Source of the DNA: Acidimicrobiales bacterium
Lineage (GTDB): Bacteria; Actinomycetota; Acidimicrobiia; Acidimicrobiales; Iamiaceae
Reading direction: 5' to 3'
DNA: 64,000 bases
NCBI GenBank assembly: GCA_035547835.1
Contig: DASZTW010000007.1
Coordinates: forward strand, 198,955-262,954
Position 1 is the first letter of the stretch, and each line of letters opens with the position of its first letter. The position numbers and the translations under genes were made by a program. The notes beneath the pieces were generated by a model. It worked only from the letters and a program-made list of their open reading frames with translations. It searched no databases and had not been told where the DNA came from. Of this stretch, positions 36,346-45,377 are shown one piece after another.

Positions 36346-38567
36346 TCGGCGGGGTTGTGGCGGTGTCGGGTGGTGCCGCCGCGTGAATGGCGGCGGGCGG
36401 CGTGGTAGGCGTCGACGTGGGTCCACGCCTCGGCGGCGTCGGCGGGCGACGGGCCGCCGCGGCGGAACATCGTGCGGTTGACCAGGTCGGCGAAGTCCGC
36501 CACGGGACGTCCGCTCTCCGGTGGGAGGTTGGCCGACGCCGTGGCCTGCAGCGCGGCGGCGCCAGTGGAGGGCGGTACCTCGATCCCGTCGCGGCGCAGG
36601 GCCTCGGTCACCTCCTGCCAGGCCCCTCGCAGTTGCACGAGCGGGTCGCGGTGCCGGCGCCGGCGGATGGCTCGTCTCCGGCGCACCGCGAGCCGGCCAC
36701 CGAGCAGGCCGAGCGCCGCGACCACGAGCGCCCCCAGCGCGACCAGGGCCCACCACCAACTGGATCCGTGCGACCGGAGCGATCTGCGATGCGGCGTAGC
36801 CGGCGTGCGCTTGGCAGTGCTCGTGTCGCCTTGGTTGGTGTGGACCGCATCGGACGCGTCGTGCGCGCCTGGCGGGTCGGTCTGACGTTGGCTCGCGGTC
36901 TTCGCGGGGCCCGGGTCGGGGTCGAACGCGGTCCAGCCGACTCCTTGGAGGTCGACCTCGGGCCAGGCTGTCGCGTCGCCGGCCCGGACCCGGTACATCC
37001 CGCCGGCGTCGGGCTGGGGTGTGTGGAACCCGACCACGACCCGGGTCGGCAGACCGATCGAGCGCGCCATGACGGCGTAAGTGGCAGCGAACTGCTCCGG
37101 CGTACCGAGGAAGTCGCCACGGGCCTGGTCGACGAGGTACGTGAGGTTCCCGTACGCGTGGCCGCTCGGCGCGCCCGTGCCGGGCTTGGGCAGCCGGAAG
37201 CGGGCCTGAAGGTACAGCTGCAGTGCCTTGGCCCGCTCGGCCGGCGAGTTGGCGCCGCGCACGGCGACTTGGGCGAGCTGGCCGAGTGCGCTCGGGACGG
37301 GTTGGGGCAGCCTCAGGTCGGCGGCGTCGCGCGTCACTGGCGCGGTCTGGATCTGGGCAGCCGTGGGCTCCGGGACGCTGGCCTGGACGGTGTAGCGGCG
37401 GGCGGTGACCTCACCCTTGGCGACCGCGGCGACCTGGTGGATCCCGTCCCAGGCGGCCGGGATCCCCGACAGTGCGGCCGCGCCGTCGGGGATCGGCAAC
37501 CAGATCCCGTCGAGCTTGCCGACGCGGATGGTGAGCGTCACGTCCCGCCGCGCCACCGACAGATGCGGACCCGGCGGGAGGCGTTGGCCCGCGGCCACGT
37601 AGTCGGCCGCCGTCGACCACTCCGTGCCGTCGTAGCGGTCGAGCACGACTTGACGCAGCCGCGGCGGCGGGTCGCCGTCTGCACGGAACGTGAACAGCAC
37701 CGGGTCGGGTTGTTCGATCCGCAAGGAGAGCTGCGTCAGCGGGTTGATGGCCGACTGGGGCGGCGGGTCCAGGCGCCGGTGCTCGCGGGGGTCGACCGGG
37801 TTGGCGCGCGCTGCACCTGGAAGGTGCGGCGCGGCCAGCACGGCGACGAGTGCGAGGGCGACGGCGGCCGGGACCCCCCGCAGGAGCCGCCTGGCCGCGA
37901 AGACCGGCAGCCCCGCAGCGCTCGAAGGCTGGGGCAGAGAGCGGACGAGGACGATCGCCGCCGCTGCGAGGACGGTGACGACCACGGCGGTCCGCGACCA
38001 CGTGCCGGTGGCGATGACGAAGGCCTGCGTGGTGACGAGCGCGAGCACCGGAGGGACCGTCGGCGCCACCGACGACCTGGTCCGGTGCGCGAGCTCGGTA
38101 CCGATCCACCCTGACAGTGCCGCGAGCCCGAAGGGCACGAACAGCAGGGCCGGCGACGGGTCGGCCGGGAGTGCGGCGGTGAGGATGCGAGCCCAGCCGT
38201 TCTGGAAGCCGTCGCCGAGCGCGTGGAGCGTGGCACCGGTCGGAAAGATCGCCGCGGCCGTCGTCGAGCGGAACACGGCCGGCCCCGATGCGACGGCTGC
38301 GGCCGCAGCAGCCACGGTCGAACTGACCAGCAGACGGACACGGGGCGGTCGCAGCAGCGCGATGACCGTGGCGGGCACGATCGCTCCGATGAGCACAGGT
38401 CGCCACAAGGGGCGGGCTCCGAAGACCGGGGTCATGGCGAGGCCGGCAGCCGCGGAGGCGACGATGACCAGGAACGTGCTGGCGCCGGCCCGCCGCCCTT
38501 CGGCCGCGCCCGCCGAGCGCCTTGGTGGCTCGGACGCCGGCCCGCTCACCGTGGAGGTCGATGCCAT
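36339..38567 (-). CDS. TgpA-like membrane protein (N-terminal multi-TM, transglutaminase-like core, C-terminal TM + helical tail)
   Basis: The 1104-aa ORF was trimmed to MASTSTVSG (742 aa), whose ATG overlaps the DUF58 stop (TGATG). The core is FLGTPEQFAATYAVMARSIGLPTRVVVGF...ATAWPEVDLQGVGWTAFDP. Confidence 0.8.
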   Translation of the reverse strand: MASTSTVSGPASEPPRRSAGAAEGRRAGASTFLVIVASAAAGLAMTPVFGARPLWRPVLIGAIVPATVIALLRPPRVRLLVSSTVAAAAAAVASGPAVFRSTTAAAIFPTGATLHALGDGFQNGWARILTAALPADPSPALLFVPFGLAALSGWIGTELAHRTRSSVAPTVPPVLALVTTQAFVIATGTWSRTAVVVTVLAAAAIVLVRSLPQPSSAAGLPVFAARRLLRGVPAAVALALVAVLAAPHLPGAARANPVDPREHRRLDPPPQSAINPLTQLSLRIEQPDPVLFTFRADGDPPPRLRQVVLDRYDGTEWSTAADYVAAGQRLPPGPHLSVARRDVTLTIRVGKLDGIWLPIPDGAAALSGIPAAWDGIHQVAAVAKGEVTARRYTVQASVPEPTAAQIQTAPVTRDAADLRLPQPVPSALGQLAQVAVRGANSPAERAKALQLYLQARFRLPKPGTGAPSGHAYGNLTYLVDQARGDFLGTPEQFAATYAVMARSIGLPTRVVVGFHTPQPDAGGMYRVRAGDATAWPEVDLQGVGWTAFDPDPGPAKTASQRQTDPPGAHDASDAVHTNQGDTSTAKRTPATPHRRSLRSHGSSWWWALVALGALVVAALGLLGGRLAVRRRRAIRRRRHRDPLVQLRGAWQEVTEALRRDGIEVPPSTGAAALQATASANLPPESGRPVADFADLVNRTMFRRGGPSPADAAEAWTHVDAYHAARRHSRGGTTRHRHNPAEL

Positions 38568-39712
38568 CACCGCACCGCCACTTCGGCCCAGGCGGCGGCG
38601 ATCGCCGCGCCGTCGGCGCCTTGGGCCTCGACCACGCCCGGCCGCCGGGGCAGCACGCTCGTCGCGCCGGGACGCACGACGACGTAGACGACGCGGTCGA
38701 ACGAGCTCCGCAAGCCCGCCAAGCGCCCGCGGGCCGCATCGGCGACCGAGCCGGTCACGACCACGAGCGTGCCGGATCCCCGTCCTCGGCGGAGGTCGTC
38801 GAGGGACCGCGCGAGGGCATGTCCCTCGGTCGGCTGCACCGCGGCGAGCTCGTCGAGAAAGGCATCGGGGGATACCCACGTCGTGCCGTCGCCCACCTCG
38901 AGCCGCCGGGTCGACGCGAGGCGCGCAGGGAATCCGGCGAGCGCGACCGACGACAGCACCGATGCGGTGACATCGACGGCTTCCTCGAACTGCTCGGCGT
39001 CGTAGGCAGCCGGCGACAAGTCGAGCAGGACGGTGGTGTCCGGCCTGCTGGTGTCGACGTGCTCGCGGACCATCAACGTGCCGGTCTTGGCGGTGGACCG
39101 CCAGTGGATGTGGCGCAGATCGTCGCCGCGCACGTACTCGCGCAACGCATGGAACGTGATGCTGCCGGTGGGAACCGTGTCGGCCATCGGTCCTTCGAGG
39201 CTCGGCGACCGGCGTGTGGGCAACAGGGGCAGCGGGTGGAGTCGGGGCCGGACCCACAACGTGGCTTCGCCGCCGAGTGCCTGATCCCGGCGCACCAACC
39301 CGAAGGGATCGGCGTGCTCGACCCGCAGCGGTCCGATCTGGTGCACGCCACGCCGATCGGTGGGCAGCGGCACCTCGATCGTGGCGGTCGCCCGACCGGC
39401 CAACCGCGGCACCATGATCGGCACCCGTTGGGCACCGACACGGTCCTCGGCCAACATGCGCGGGCTGGGCCACGTCGAACGGTTGCGGATCCGCAGCGTG
39501 GCCCGGGCGGCGTCGCCCCGGGCGACCCGGCTGCTGGTGAGCTCCCTGGCGACTTCGAGATCGTGGCGGCGCAGCACCCAGACGACGGCGCTGGCGGCGG
39601 CGAGCAGGCCCACCGCCGCGATCGCGACGAGCGGGGTCCATCCGAGGATCCACCCGGCGAGGTACAGCGCCACCGAGCCGCTGAGGACGGCAGCACCCGC
39701 CTTGGTGATCAC
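38567..39712 (-). CDS. DUF58-family protein (MoxR partner)
   Basis: Two N-terminal TM helices and DDLRHIHWRSTAKTGTLMVREH, the DUF58 signature as I recall it. It lies 13 nt downstream of MoxR. Confidence 0.8.
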   Translation of the reverse strand: MITKAGAAVLSGSVALYLAGWILGWTPLVAIAAVGLLAAASAVVWVLRRHDLEVARELTSSRVARGDAARATLRIRNRSTWPSPRMLAEDRVGAQRVPIMVPRLAGRATATIEVPLPTDRRGVHQIGPLRVEHADPFGLVRRDQALGGEATLWVRPRLHPLPLLPTRRSPSLEGPMADTVPTGSITFHALREYVRGDDLRHIHWRSTAKTGTLMVREHVDTSRPDTTVLLDLSPAAYDAEQFEEAVDVTASVLSSVALAGFPARLASTRRLEVGDGTTWVSPDAFLDELAAVQPTEGHALARSLDDLRRGRGSGTLVVVTGSVADAARGRLAGLRSSFDRVVYVVVRPGATSVLPRRPGVVEAQGADGAAIAAAWAEVAVR

Positions 39713-39725
39713 CGGACCACCGGGG

Positions 39726-40730
39726 TCAAGCGCGCCCGGCCGCCTGTGGAGTCGGGACCTTCTCCACGACCGCGTCGATCAACTGTTGGGTGGTCACACC
39801 CTGGAGCTCGGCTTGGGGCTGCAACAGCATCCGGTGGGCGAGCACCGCAGCGGCCAGCGCCTTGGCGTCTTCGGGCACGACGTAGTCGCGCCCGTCTGCG
39901 GCGGCACGGGCACGGCAGGCCCGCATCAGGGCGAGCGATCCGCGGGGGCTCGCACCGAGGCGCACCTCGGGCAGCTCGCGGGTGCCGGCCACGAGCGTCA
40001 CGAGGTAGCTCCGGACCGCGGGGGCGACATAGACCTCGTTGGCCACCCTCGTCATGAGGCGCACGTCGTCAATGGACAGCACCGGCGTGACCTGATCGAG
40101 CGGTGACCGGCCGCCTTGTTGGCCATCGAGCACCTCGATCTCGGCCGCGTGGCTGGGATAGCCGACCGAGGCGCGCAACAAGAAGCGATCGAGCTGCGCT
40201 TCCGGGAGGCGATACGTGCCGTCCATGTCGACGGGGTTCTGGGTGGCGATCACCATGAACGGGCGCGGCACGGCGCGCGAGGCGGACTCGACCGTGACCT
40301 GCCGTTCCTCCATCACCTCGAGCAAGGCGGACTGGGTCTTGGGCGACGCGCGGTTGATCTCGTCGGCCAGTACCACGTTGGCGAACACGGGTCCGGGGTG
40401 GAACTCGAACTCGCGCGTCCCCTGGTTCCAGATCGACACGCCGGTGACATCGGACGGCAGCAGGTCGGGGGTGAACTGGATCCGGTGCCACGACGCGTCG
40501 ATCGTCGAGGCGATGGCGCGAGCGAGCGAGGTCTTGCCCACCCCCGGCACGTCCTCGAGCAGGAGGTGGCCCTCGGCGAACATGCACACGAGCGCAAGGG
40601 CGACGACGTCGGGTTTGCCCCGGATCACGTCCTGGACGCTGTCGGCCACCAGGCGGAATCGGTCGGCGAACCAGGCAGACCGGTCGCCGGCAGACGAGTG
40701 GTGGGGGGCAGACGGTGCGTACTCGGGCAT
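39726..40730 (-). CDS. moxR: MoxR-family AAA+ ATPase
   Basis: Walker A GVPGVGKTS and Walker B VLADEINRASPKTQSALLEVMEE. About 330 aa, typical MoxR size. Confidence 0.9.
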   Translation of the reverse strand: MPEYAPSAPHHSSAGDRSAWFADRFRLVADSVQDVIRGKPDVVALALVCMFAEGHLLLEDVPGVGKTSLARAIASTIDASWHRIQFTPDLLPSDVTGVSIWNQGTREFEFHPGPVFANVVLADEINRASPKTQSALLEVMEERQVTVESASRAVPRPFMVIATQNPVDMDGTYRLPEAQLDRFLLRASVGYPSHAAEIEVLDGQQGGRSPLDQVTPVLSIDDVRLMTRVANEVYVAPAVRSYLVTLVAGTRELPEVRLGASPRGSLALMRACRARAAADGRDYVVPEDAKALAAAVLAHRMLLQPQAELQGVTTQQLIDAVVEKVPTPQAAGRA

Positions 40731-40781
40731 GGGAGCGCGTGGGCCTTCAGGTTCGGGGCGAGGTGGGGGGCCGCGGGATGC

Positions 40782-43391
40782 TCACGACCCCACGTAGACG
40801 AAGCGGGCGTCGGAGATCGCGAGATACACGGCGACGTTCTGGCCGCTGCAGTTGAAGATGGTGTTGTTGTCGCTGACCCGCACCGTGTTGCTGCCCGCAC
40901 CGAGCTTCACGGTGCCGAGGTTGAGCCAACCGGGCCCGCCGCCGGTGACCACGCTCGACCCGTTGGGAAGGGTGTAGCGGGTGCCGTTGACCAGCCCGGT
41001 GTCGCCACGGGGGTCATTCGCGCCGCCGGGGACCCGAACCTCGATCTTCCAGCGCCCCGCCGAGGGGATCGACGCCGTCCAACTTGCGCCGGTGTGCTGT
41101 GAGTTGTTGCCGGCGGCCCGGCAGCCGCCGAGCCAGTTGACGGTGCTCGCGCCACCGTTCATCTGGAAGTAGTTGTAGTAGACGTGCGTGCCGCCGCCGG
41201 AGGCCCACTTCTGACCCGTTCTCGGCCCGATCCACGAGAACCCCCGGCCCTTGAAGCCGATGGTGATGGTGGTCCCGGGCGCCGGGCCCGGCTGGTCGAC
41301 GTTGGCCGACGCCGACCCTGCAGGTCCTTGGCCGGCCGCGTTGACCGCTGACGCGGTCCACGTGTACTTCTGGCCGGCGGCCACCGTGACGCGGAGGTTG
41401 GCGTTTCCCTTTGGCCCGGCCGCCACCACGTTCGGTGTGCCGGCGCCCGTCAGGCGGTACTTGGTGATGGGGCTTCCGCCGTTGCCACTTGCCCGGATCT
41501 GCAAGGTGACCGACGCCGTGTTGCCGTTGGGCTTCGATGCGGTGGCCGTCACCGTGGGCGCGGCCGGTTTGCCGATGGGGGTCACCGCGGCCGAGGGGTC
41601 GGAGGTGGCCGAGGTGCCGTTGGCCGCATTGGCGGTGATCGTGACCCGGTAGGCAGTCCCGTTGGCAAGGTTGGCGATCGCGGCGGGACTGGTGGACGCG
41701 GTGGCGGTGACCGATCCACTGCCGCCGGCTGCCGGGGTGGCCGTCAACGTGTAGCCGGTGACGGCGCTCGCGGGCTCCGTCGTGGACCCGGTTGGTTGGC
41801 TCCACGTGACGTGGATGGCGCCATCGCCCGCCGCGGCTTGCTGGATGACCGGTTTGTGGGGGACGCCGGCGCGGGGGGTCACGGGCGCCGACTGGCCAGC
41901 CGGGCTGTCGCCGCTGCTGGTGTTGGCCACGACCGTGACGGTGTACGTCGTGCCGTTCTTCAGGTGCGCGAACGACGTGGATGCCGAGGTCGCAGCCACG
42001 CGTCGAACGGCTGATCCCTTGGGGGGAGCCGGGTCGAGCGTGACCGTGTAACCCGTGAGGATCGCGCCGTTGGTGGCCACCGACCAGGTGGCGCTGACGT
42101 TGGCATCGCCGGCGTTGGCCGTGACCGTCGGCGTGCCGGGCGGTTGGTGGGTGGGCAGGGTCGGCAACGGCTGGTTGGACCCCGTGCGGGTGGGCCCGGG
42201 CGTCGGCAGCGGCGTGGGCGCAGGCGGACCGGAGCTGGGCCCGCCGAGGTACACGGGCTGCGGGCTGGGTGGGGTGACGGACGTGGGTGCTGGTGCCAGA
42301 CCAGGAAGGTTGTCGTGGTACTTCGAGATCGAGTGACGGTTCCCGTGCTGGTCGATCACCAGGGCTTGTGAGCCGTCGGCGTCGTTGGCCCACAGGTTGC
42401 CATTGGCCACGAACAGGTCGAAGCGCCCGGCACGGTCGAGGAAGGGGATCCGTGCTCGCAGGCCGCCCGTGCTGGTGTCGATCTGGACGAGGCCGCCGGT
42501 CGAGTAGTCGGGCAAGTACACCTGCCCGCCCACCTGCTGGGGTGCACCGAGGTCGTGTCCGGCGAGCTCGGGTGCGCGGACGTCGCTCACCTGCTCGCTG
42601 TTCGGTTCGTACTTGATGAGGCGACGCGCGCCGGGTGCGACGAGGTACACGGGCCCTGTGCGATCGGAGGGTGCGGCCAGGACCTCGCCCGTGACCCCGG
42701 TGGCGACCAGGTGCACGTCACCGTCGCCGACGGTGCCGACCTTCCCGCTGGTCTCGTCGACCACGACGATCAGCGACCCCGAGCGGGTGAGGTGCGCTTG
42801 GTCACCGAGCTGGCCGTAGTGGTGCGTGCCGGCAATGCGCGCCGCCCTGATCGACACGATCGAACCCTTGGCCGGCACGGCGGCCCATGCGGTGCCGGTG
42901 TCGTCGACGATGATCGAGCTGATTGATCCGCCGAGGTCCACCACCCGCCCCTGCGGTCGCAACGTCTGCCCGTCGAGTGAGCGGACCTCCCCCTTGCCCT
43001 GGTCGACTGCGTACGCGTGGCCGCCGCCGACGACCACGGTGAACGCCGCGCTGCCGTACGACTGGGCCGTGCCCGCCGCCAAGTTCCGGGTGTCGATGCG
43101 CCGCACGTTGCCCGAGGCATCGCGCACCACGACGAAATCGCCGTCCTGGACGATCTGCAGCTGGCCCTTCTTGCCGACGTCGACGCCGGCATCGGGTTTG
43201 CCCGTGGCGCCGTTCACGCGCACGACCTGACCACGCTTGTTGCTGGCGAGCCACGCGTTGCCGCTGAACAGATCGAGGCGATTGGGGCTGTGGCCGTGAC
43301 CGAAGGTGAGGGCGATGGCCGAGGCGACCAACATGCTGGCCGCACCAAACGCAGTGGGTTTGCGACCGAACGGGCGATGGAGGAAGCGCAT
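40782..43391 (-). CDS. Membrane-anchored/secreted protein: beta-propeller-like N-domain, about 3-4 FN3 repeats, C-terminal carbohydrate-binding-like domain
   Basis: N-terminal anchor FGAASMLVASAIALTF. Repetitive G/D-rich beta-strand region. FN3 repeats (e.g. VSATWSVA...GYTVTL...NGTTYTVTVVA; IHVTWSQP...GYTLTA...NGTAYRVTITA). The final domain has WLNLGTVKLGAGSNTVRV. Confidence 0.75.
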   Translation of the reverse strand: MRFLHRPFGRKPTAFGAASMLVASAIALTFGHGHSPNRLDLFSGNAWLASNKRGQVVRVNGATGKPDAGVDVGKKGQLQIVQDGDFVVVRDASGNVRRIDTRNLAAGTAQSYGSAAFTVVVGGGHAYAVDQGKGEVRSLDGQTLRPQGRVVDLGGSISSIIVDDTGTAWAAVPAKGSIVSIRAARIAGTHHYGQLGDQAHLTRSGSLIVVVDETSGKVGTVGDGDVHLVATGVTGEVLAAPSDRTGPVYLVAPGARRLIKYEPNSEQVSDVRAPELAGHDLGAPQQVGGQVYLPDYSTGGLVQIDTSTGGLRARIPFLDRAGRFDLFVANGNLWANDADGSQALVIDQHGNRHSISKYHDNLPGLAPAPTSVTPPSPQPVYLGGPSSGPPAPTPLPTPGPTRTGSNQPLPTLPTHQPPGTPTVTANAGDANVSATWSVATNGAILTGYTVTLDPAPPKGSAVRRVAATSASTSFAHLKNGTTYTVTVVANTSSGDSPAGQSAPVTPRAGVPHKPVIQQAAAGDGAIHVTWSQPTGSTTEPASAVTGYTLTATPAAGGSGSVTATASTSPAAIANLANGTAYRVTITANAANGTSATSDPSAAVTPIGKPAAPTVTATASKPNGNTASVTLQIRASGNGGSPITKYRLTGAGTPNVVAAGPKGNANLRVTVAAGQKYTWTASAVNAAGQGPAGSASANVDQPGPAPGTTITIGFKGRGFSWIGPRTGQKWASGGGTHVYYNYFQMNGGASTVNWLGGCRAAGNNSQHTGASWTASIPSAGRWKIEVRVPGGANDPRGDTGLVNGTRYTLPNGSSVVTGGGPGWLNLGTVKLGAGSNTVRVSDNNTIFNCSGQNVAVYLAISDARFVYVGS

Positions 43392-43553
43392 GAGGGACCG
43401 CGACGTGGTGGATTGATGTGAGAGACGCGCTCGCGCCTCGAAATGGCCCGCAACGCCAATGTAGCCTGCCCACCACTGACGGTGCCCAAACCCTCCGGAT
43501 GGGTGCTCGCCGGGCGCGCCCGCCGCTACCGGCGGCCGGCGGCAGGTCGCTGG

Positions 43554-44228
43554 CTACAAGCGGGCTGCCGCAGCTGGATCGACCAGCCACAGGACCCGGT
43601 CGGCGCGCACGCGGGCCGCGGGCAGGTCTTCGCCCGCGCTGATCCGACCGAGCGCCGCGGCCTTCTCCTCGCCTTCGACCGTCAGCACCACGACGCGTCC
43701 GCGGGCGATGCCACCGAAGGTCAGCGTCATGCGCGGGTGTGGGTTGTGGCCGAACGGGTCGTCGTTCATCGTCACCAGACGGCCGGGATCGGCCTCGAGC
43801 CCGGTGGAGTGCGGGAACAGCGATGCGGTGTGCCCATCGGGGCCCACGCCGAGGTGGATGAAGTCGAGCTGGCCCAGGGCTCCGATGCGGAGCTGGTAGT
43901 CGTCCGGACCGTCGCCGCAACGCATCAGGTGCGTGGCGTTGGCGGCGCCGACCCGGTCGAGGAGGGCCTCACGGGCGAGGCGGTAGTTCGAGTCGGGGTC
44001 GTCGTGCGGCACGCACCGCTCGTCGCCCCAGTAGAAGTCGACCTTCCACCAGTCGATGGCCGTCGCGCCGTCCGTCGCGAGGCGCTCGTAGCAGCGCCGA
44101 GCCGTCGTTCCGCCGGACAGCGCGATCGTGAACGGGTCGGACGGTCGGCTCTGAAAGGCGCGGACGACCCGGGCCGCAAAGGCACCGGGGACGTCGTCGG
44201 TGACCTCCACGTCACCCGGCAGTCCCAT
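43554..44228 (-). CDS. pgl: 6-phosphogluconolactonase
   Basis: Trimmed to MGLPGDVEV (224 aa). Contains IALSGGTT, WGDERCVP and GVGPDGHTASLFP. Confidence 0.8.
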   Translation of the reverse strand: MGLPGDVEVTDDVPGAFAARVVRAFQSRPSDPFTIALSGGTTARRCYERLATDGATAIDWWKVDFYWGDERCVPHDDPDSNYRLAREALLDRVGAANATHLMRCGDGPDDYQLRIGALGQLDFIHLGVGPDGHTASLFPHSTGLEADPGRLVTMNDDPFGHNPHPRMTLTFGGIARGRVVVLTVEGEEKAAALGRISAGEDLPAARVRADRVLWLVDPAAAARL

Positions 44229-44239
44229 CGGCAGGTCCT

Positions 44240-45352
44240 TCAGGCCCCGCCGGCCTGGAGGCTGTTGGCCTTGGTGGTGAGGCTGGTCAGCAGCTCGTCG
44301 AACGACTTGCTGAACGAGGCGACGCCCTCGTCTTCGAGCGTGCGGGCGACGTCCTCGAGCTCCACGCCGACCGACGCGAGCTTGTCGAGGGCGGCACGGG
44401 CGTCGGCGGGATCCGCGTCGACGGTGCGGGCGAGCGCGCCGTGGTCCTCGAACGCGTCGATCGTGGCCTCGGGCAGCGTGTTCACCGTCTCCGGTCCGAT
44501 CAGGCGGTCGACGTACATCGTGTCGGGGTACGAGGGGTTCTTCGTCGACGTCGATGCCCACAGCGGACGCTGCGGCTTGGCGCCTTTCGCCGCCAGCGCT
44601 TCCCAGCGGGGGCCGCTGAACTGCTCGGCAAAGAGCGCGTAGGCCGCTTGGGCGTTGGCGACCGCAGCGGTGCCCTTGAGCGCGAGCGCCCCGGGCGTGC
44701 CGATCTCGTCGAGTCGCCGATCCGTCTCCGTGTCCACCCGGCTGACGAAGAACGAGGCCACGCTCCGGACCCGTGACACGTCCTCGCCGGCCGCCACCCG
44801 AGCCTCCAGGGCGGAGAGGTACGCCTCGATCACCTCGGCGTACCGGCTCAAGCTGAACAGCAAGGTGATGTTGATGCTGCGGCCTTCTCGCAGCATCGCC
44901 TCGATGGCGGGGACGCCTTCGGCGGTGCCCGGGATCTTCACGTACAAGTTGGGCTCGTCGATCTGCTGGTGGAACGCGCGGGCGGCCTCGATCGTGGCGG
45001 GTGTGTCGCGGGCCAGGGACGGTGCGACTTCGATCGACACGAAGCCGTCGACGCCATCGCTGTCGTCGTACACGGGCCTCAGGAGCGACAGCGCGTCCTC
45101 GATGTCCTTCGTGACGAGTTGCCAGTACGCGTCCTCGATCGACATCCCGTCGCGGACCAGTGAGGTGAACTGCTGGTCGTACGCGTCACCACCTTCGATC
45201 GCCTTCTGGAAGATCGTGGGGTTCGACGTGATGCCGCGCACGCCGCCGTCGATCATCTGCTGGAGTTGACCTCCGGTGATCCAGCCCCGGCGAAGGTTGT
45301 CGAGCCAGGGGCTCTGGTCGAACTGTTCGTGGAGATCTTGCAGCCGGGTCAT
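44240..45352 (-). CDS. tal: Transaldolase (long actinobacterial type)
   Basis: SPWLDNL, TSNPTIF and YVKIPGT (Schiff-base Lys). 370 aa. Confidence 0.9.
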   Translation of the reverse strand: MTRLQDLHEQFDQSPWLDNLRRGWITGGQLQQMIDGGVRGITSNPTIFQKAIEGGDAYDQQFTSLVRDGMSIEDAYWQLVTKDIEDALSLLRPVYDDSDGVDGFVSIEVAPSLARDTPATIEAARAFHQQIDEPNLYVKIPGTAEGVPAIEAMLREGRSINITLLFSLSRYAEVIEAYLSALEARVAAGEDVSRVRSVASFFVSRVDTETDRRLDEIGTPGALALKGTAAVANAQAAYALFAEQFSGPRWEALAAKGAKPQRPLWASTSTKNPSYPDTMYVDRLIGPETVNTLPEATIDAFEDHGALARTVDADPADARAALDKLASVGVELEDVARTLEDEGVASFSKSFDELLTSLTTKANSLQAGGA

Positions 45353-45377
45353 GGTACCTCCGTGGGCGATGCGATGG

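Noticed and set aside
36339-39653. A 1104-aa ORF that looks like one giant gene
   Set aside because: Its first 362 codons run through the DUF58 gene in another frame and are Arg/Pro/Gly-rich nonsense. The recognisable TgpA-like protein starts at MASTST (ATG at 38567), which overlaps the DUF58 stop.
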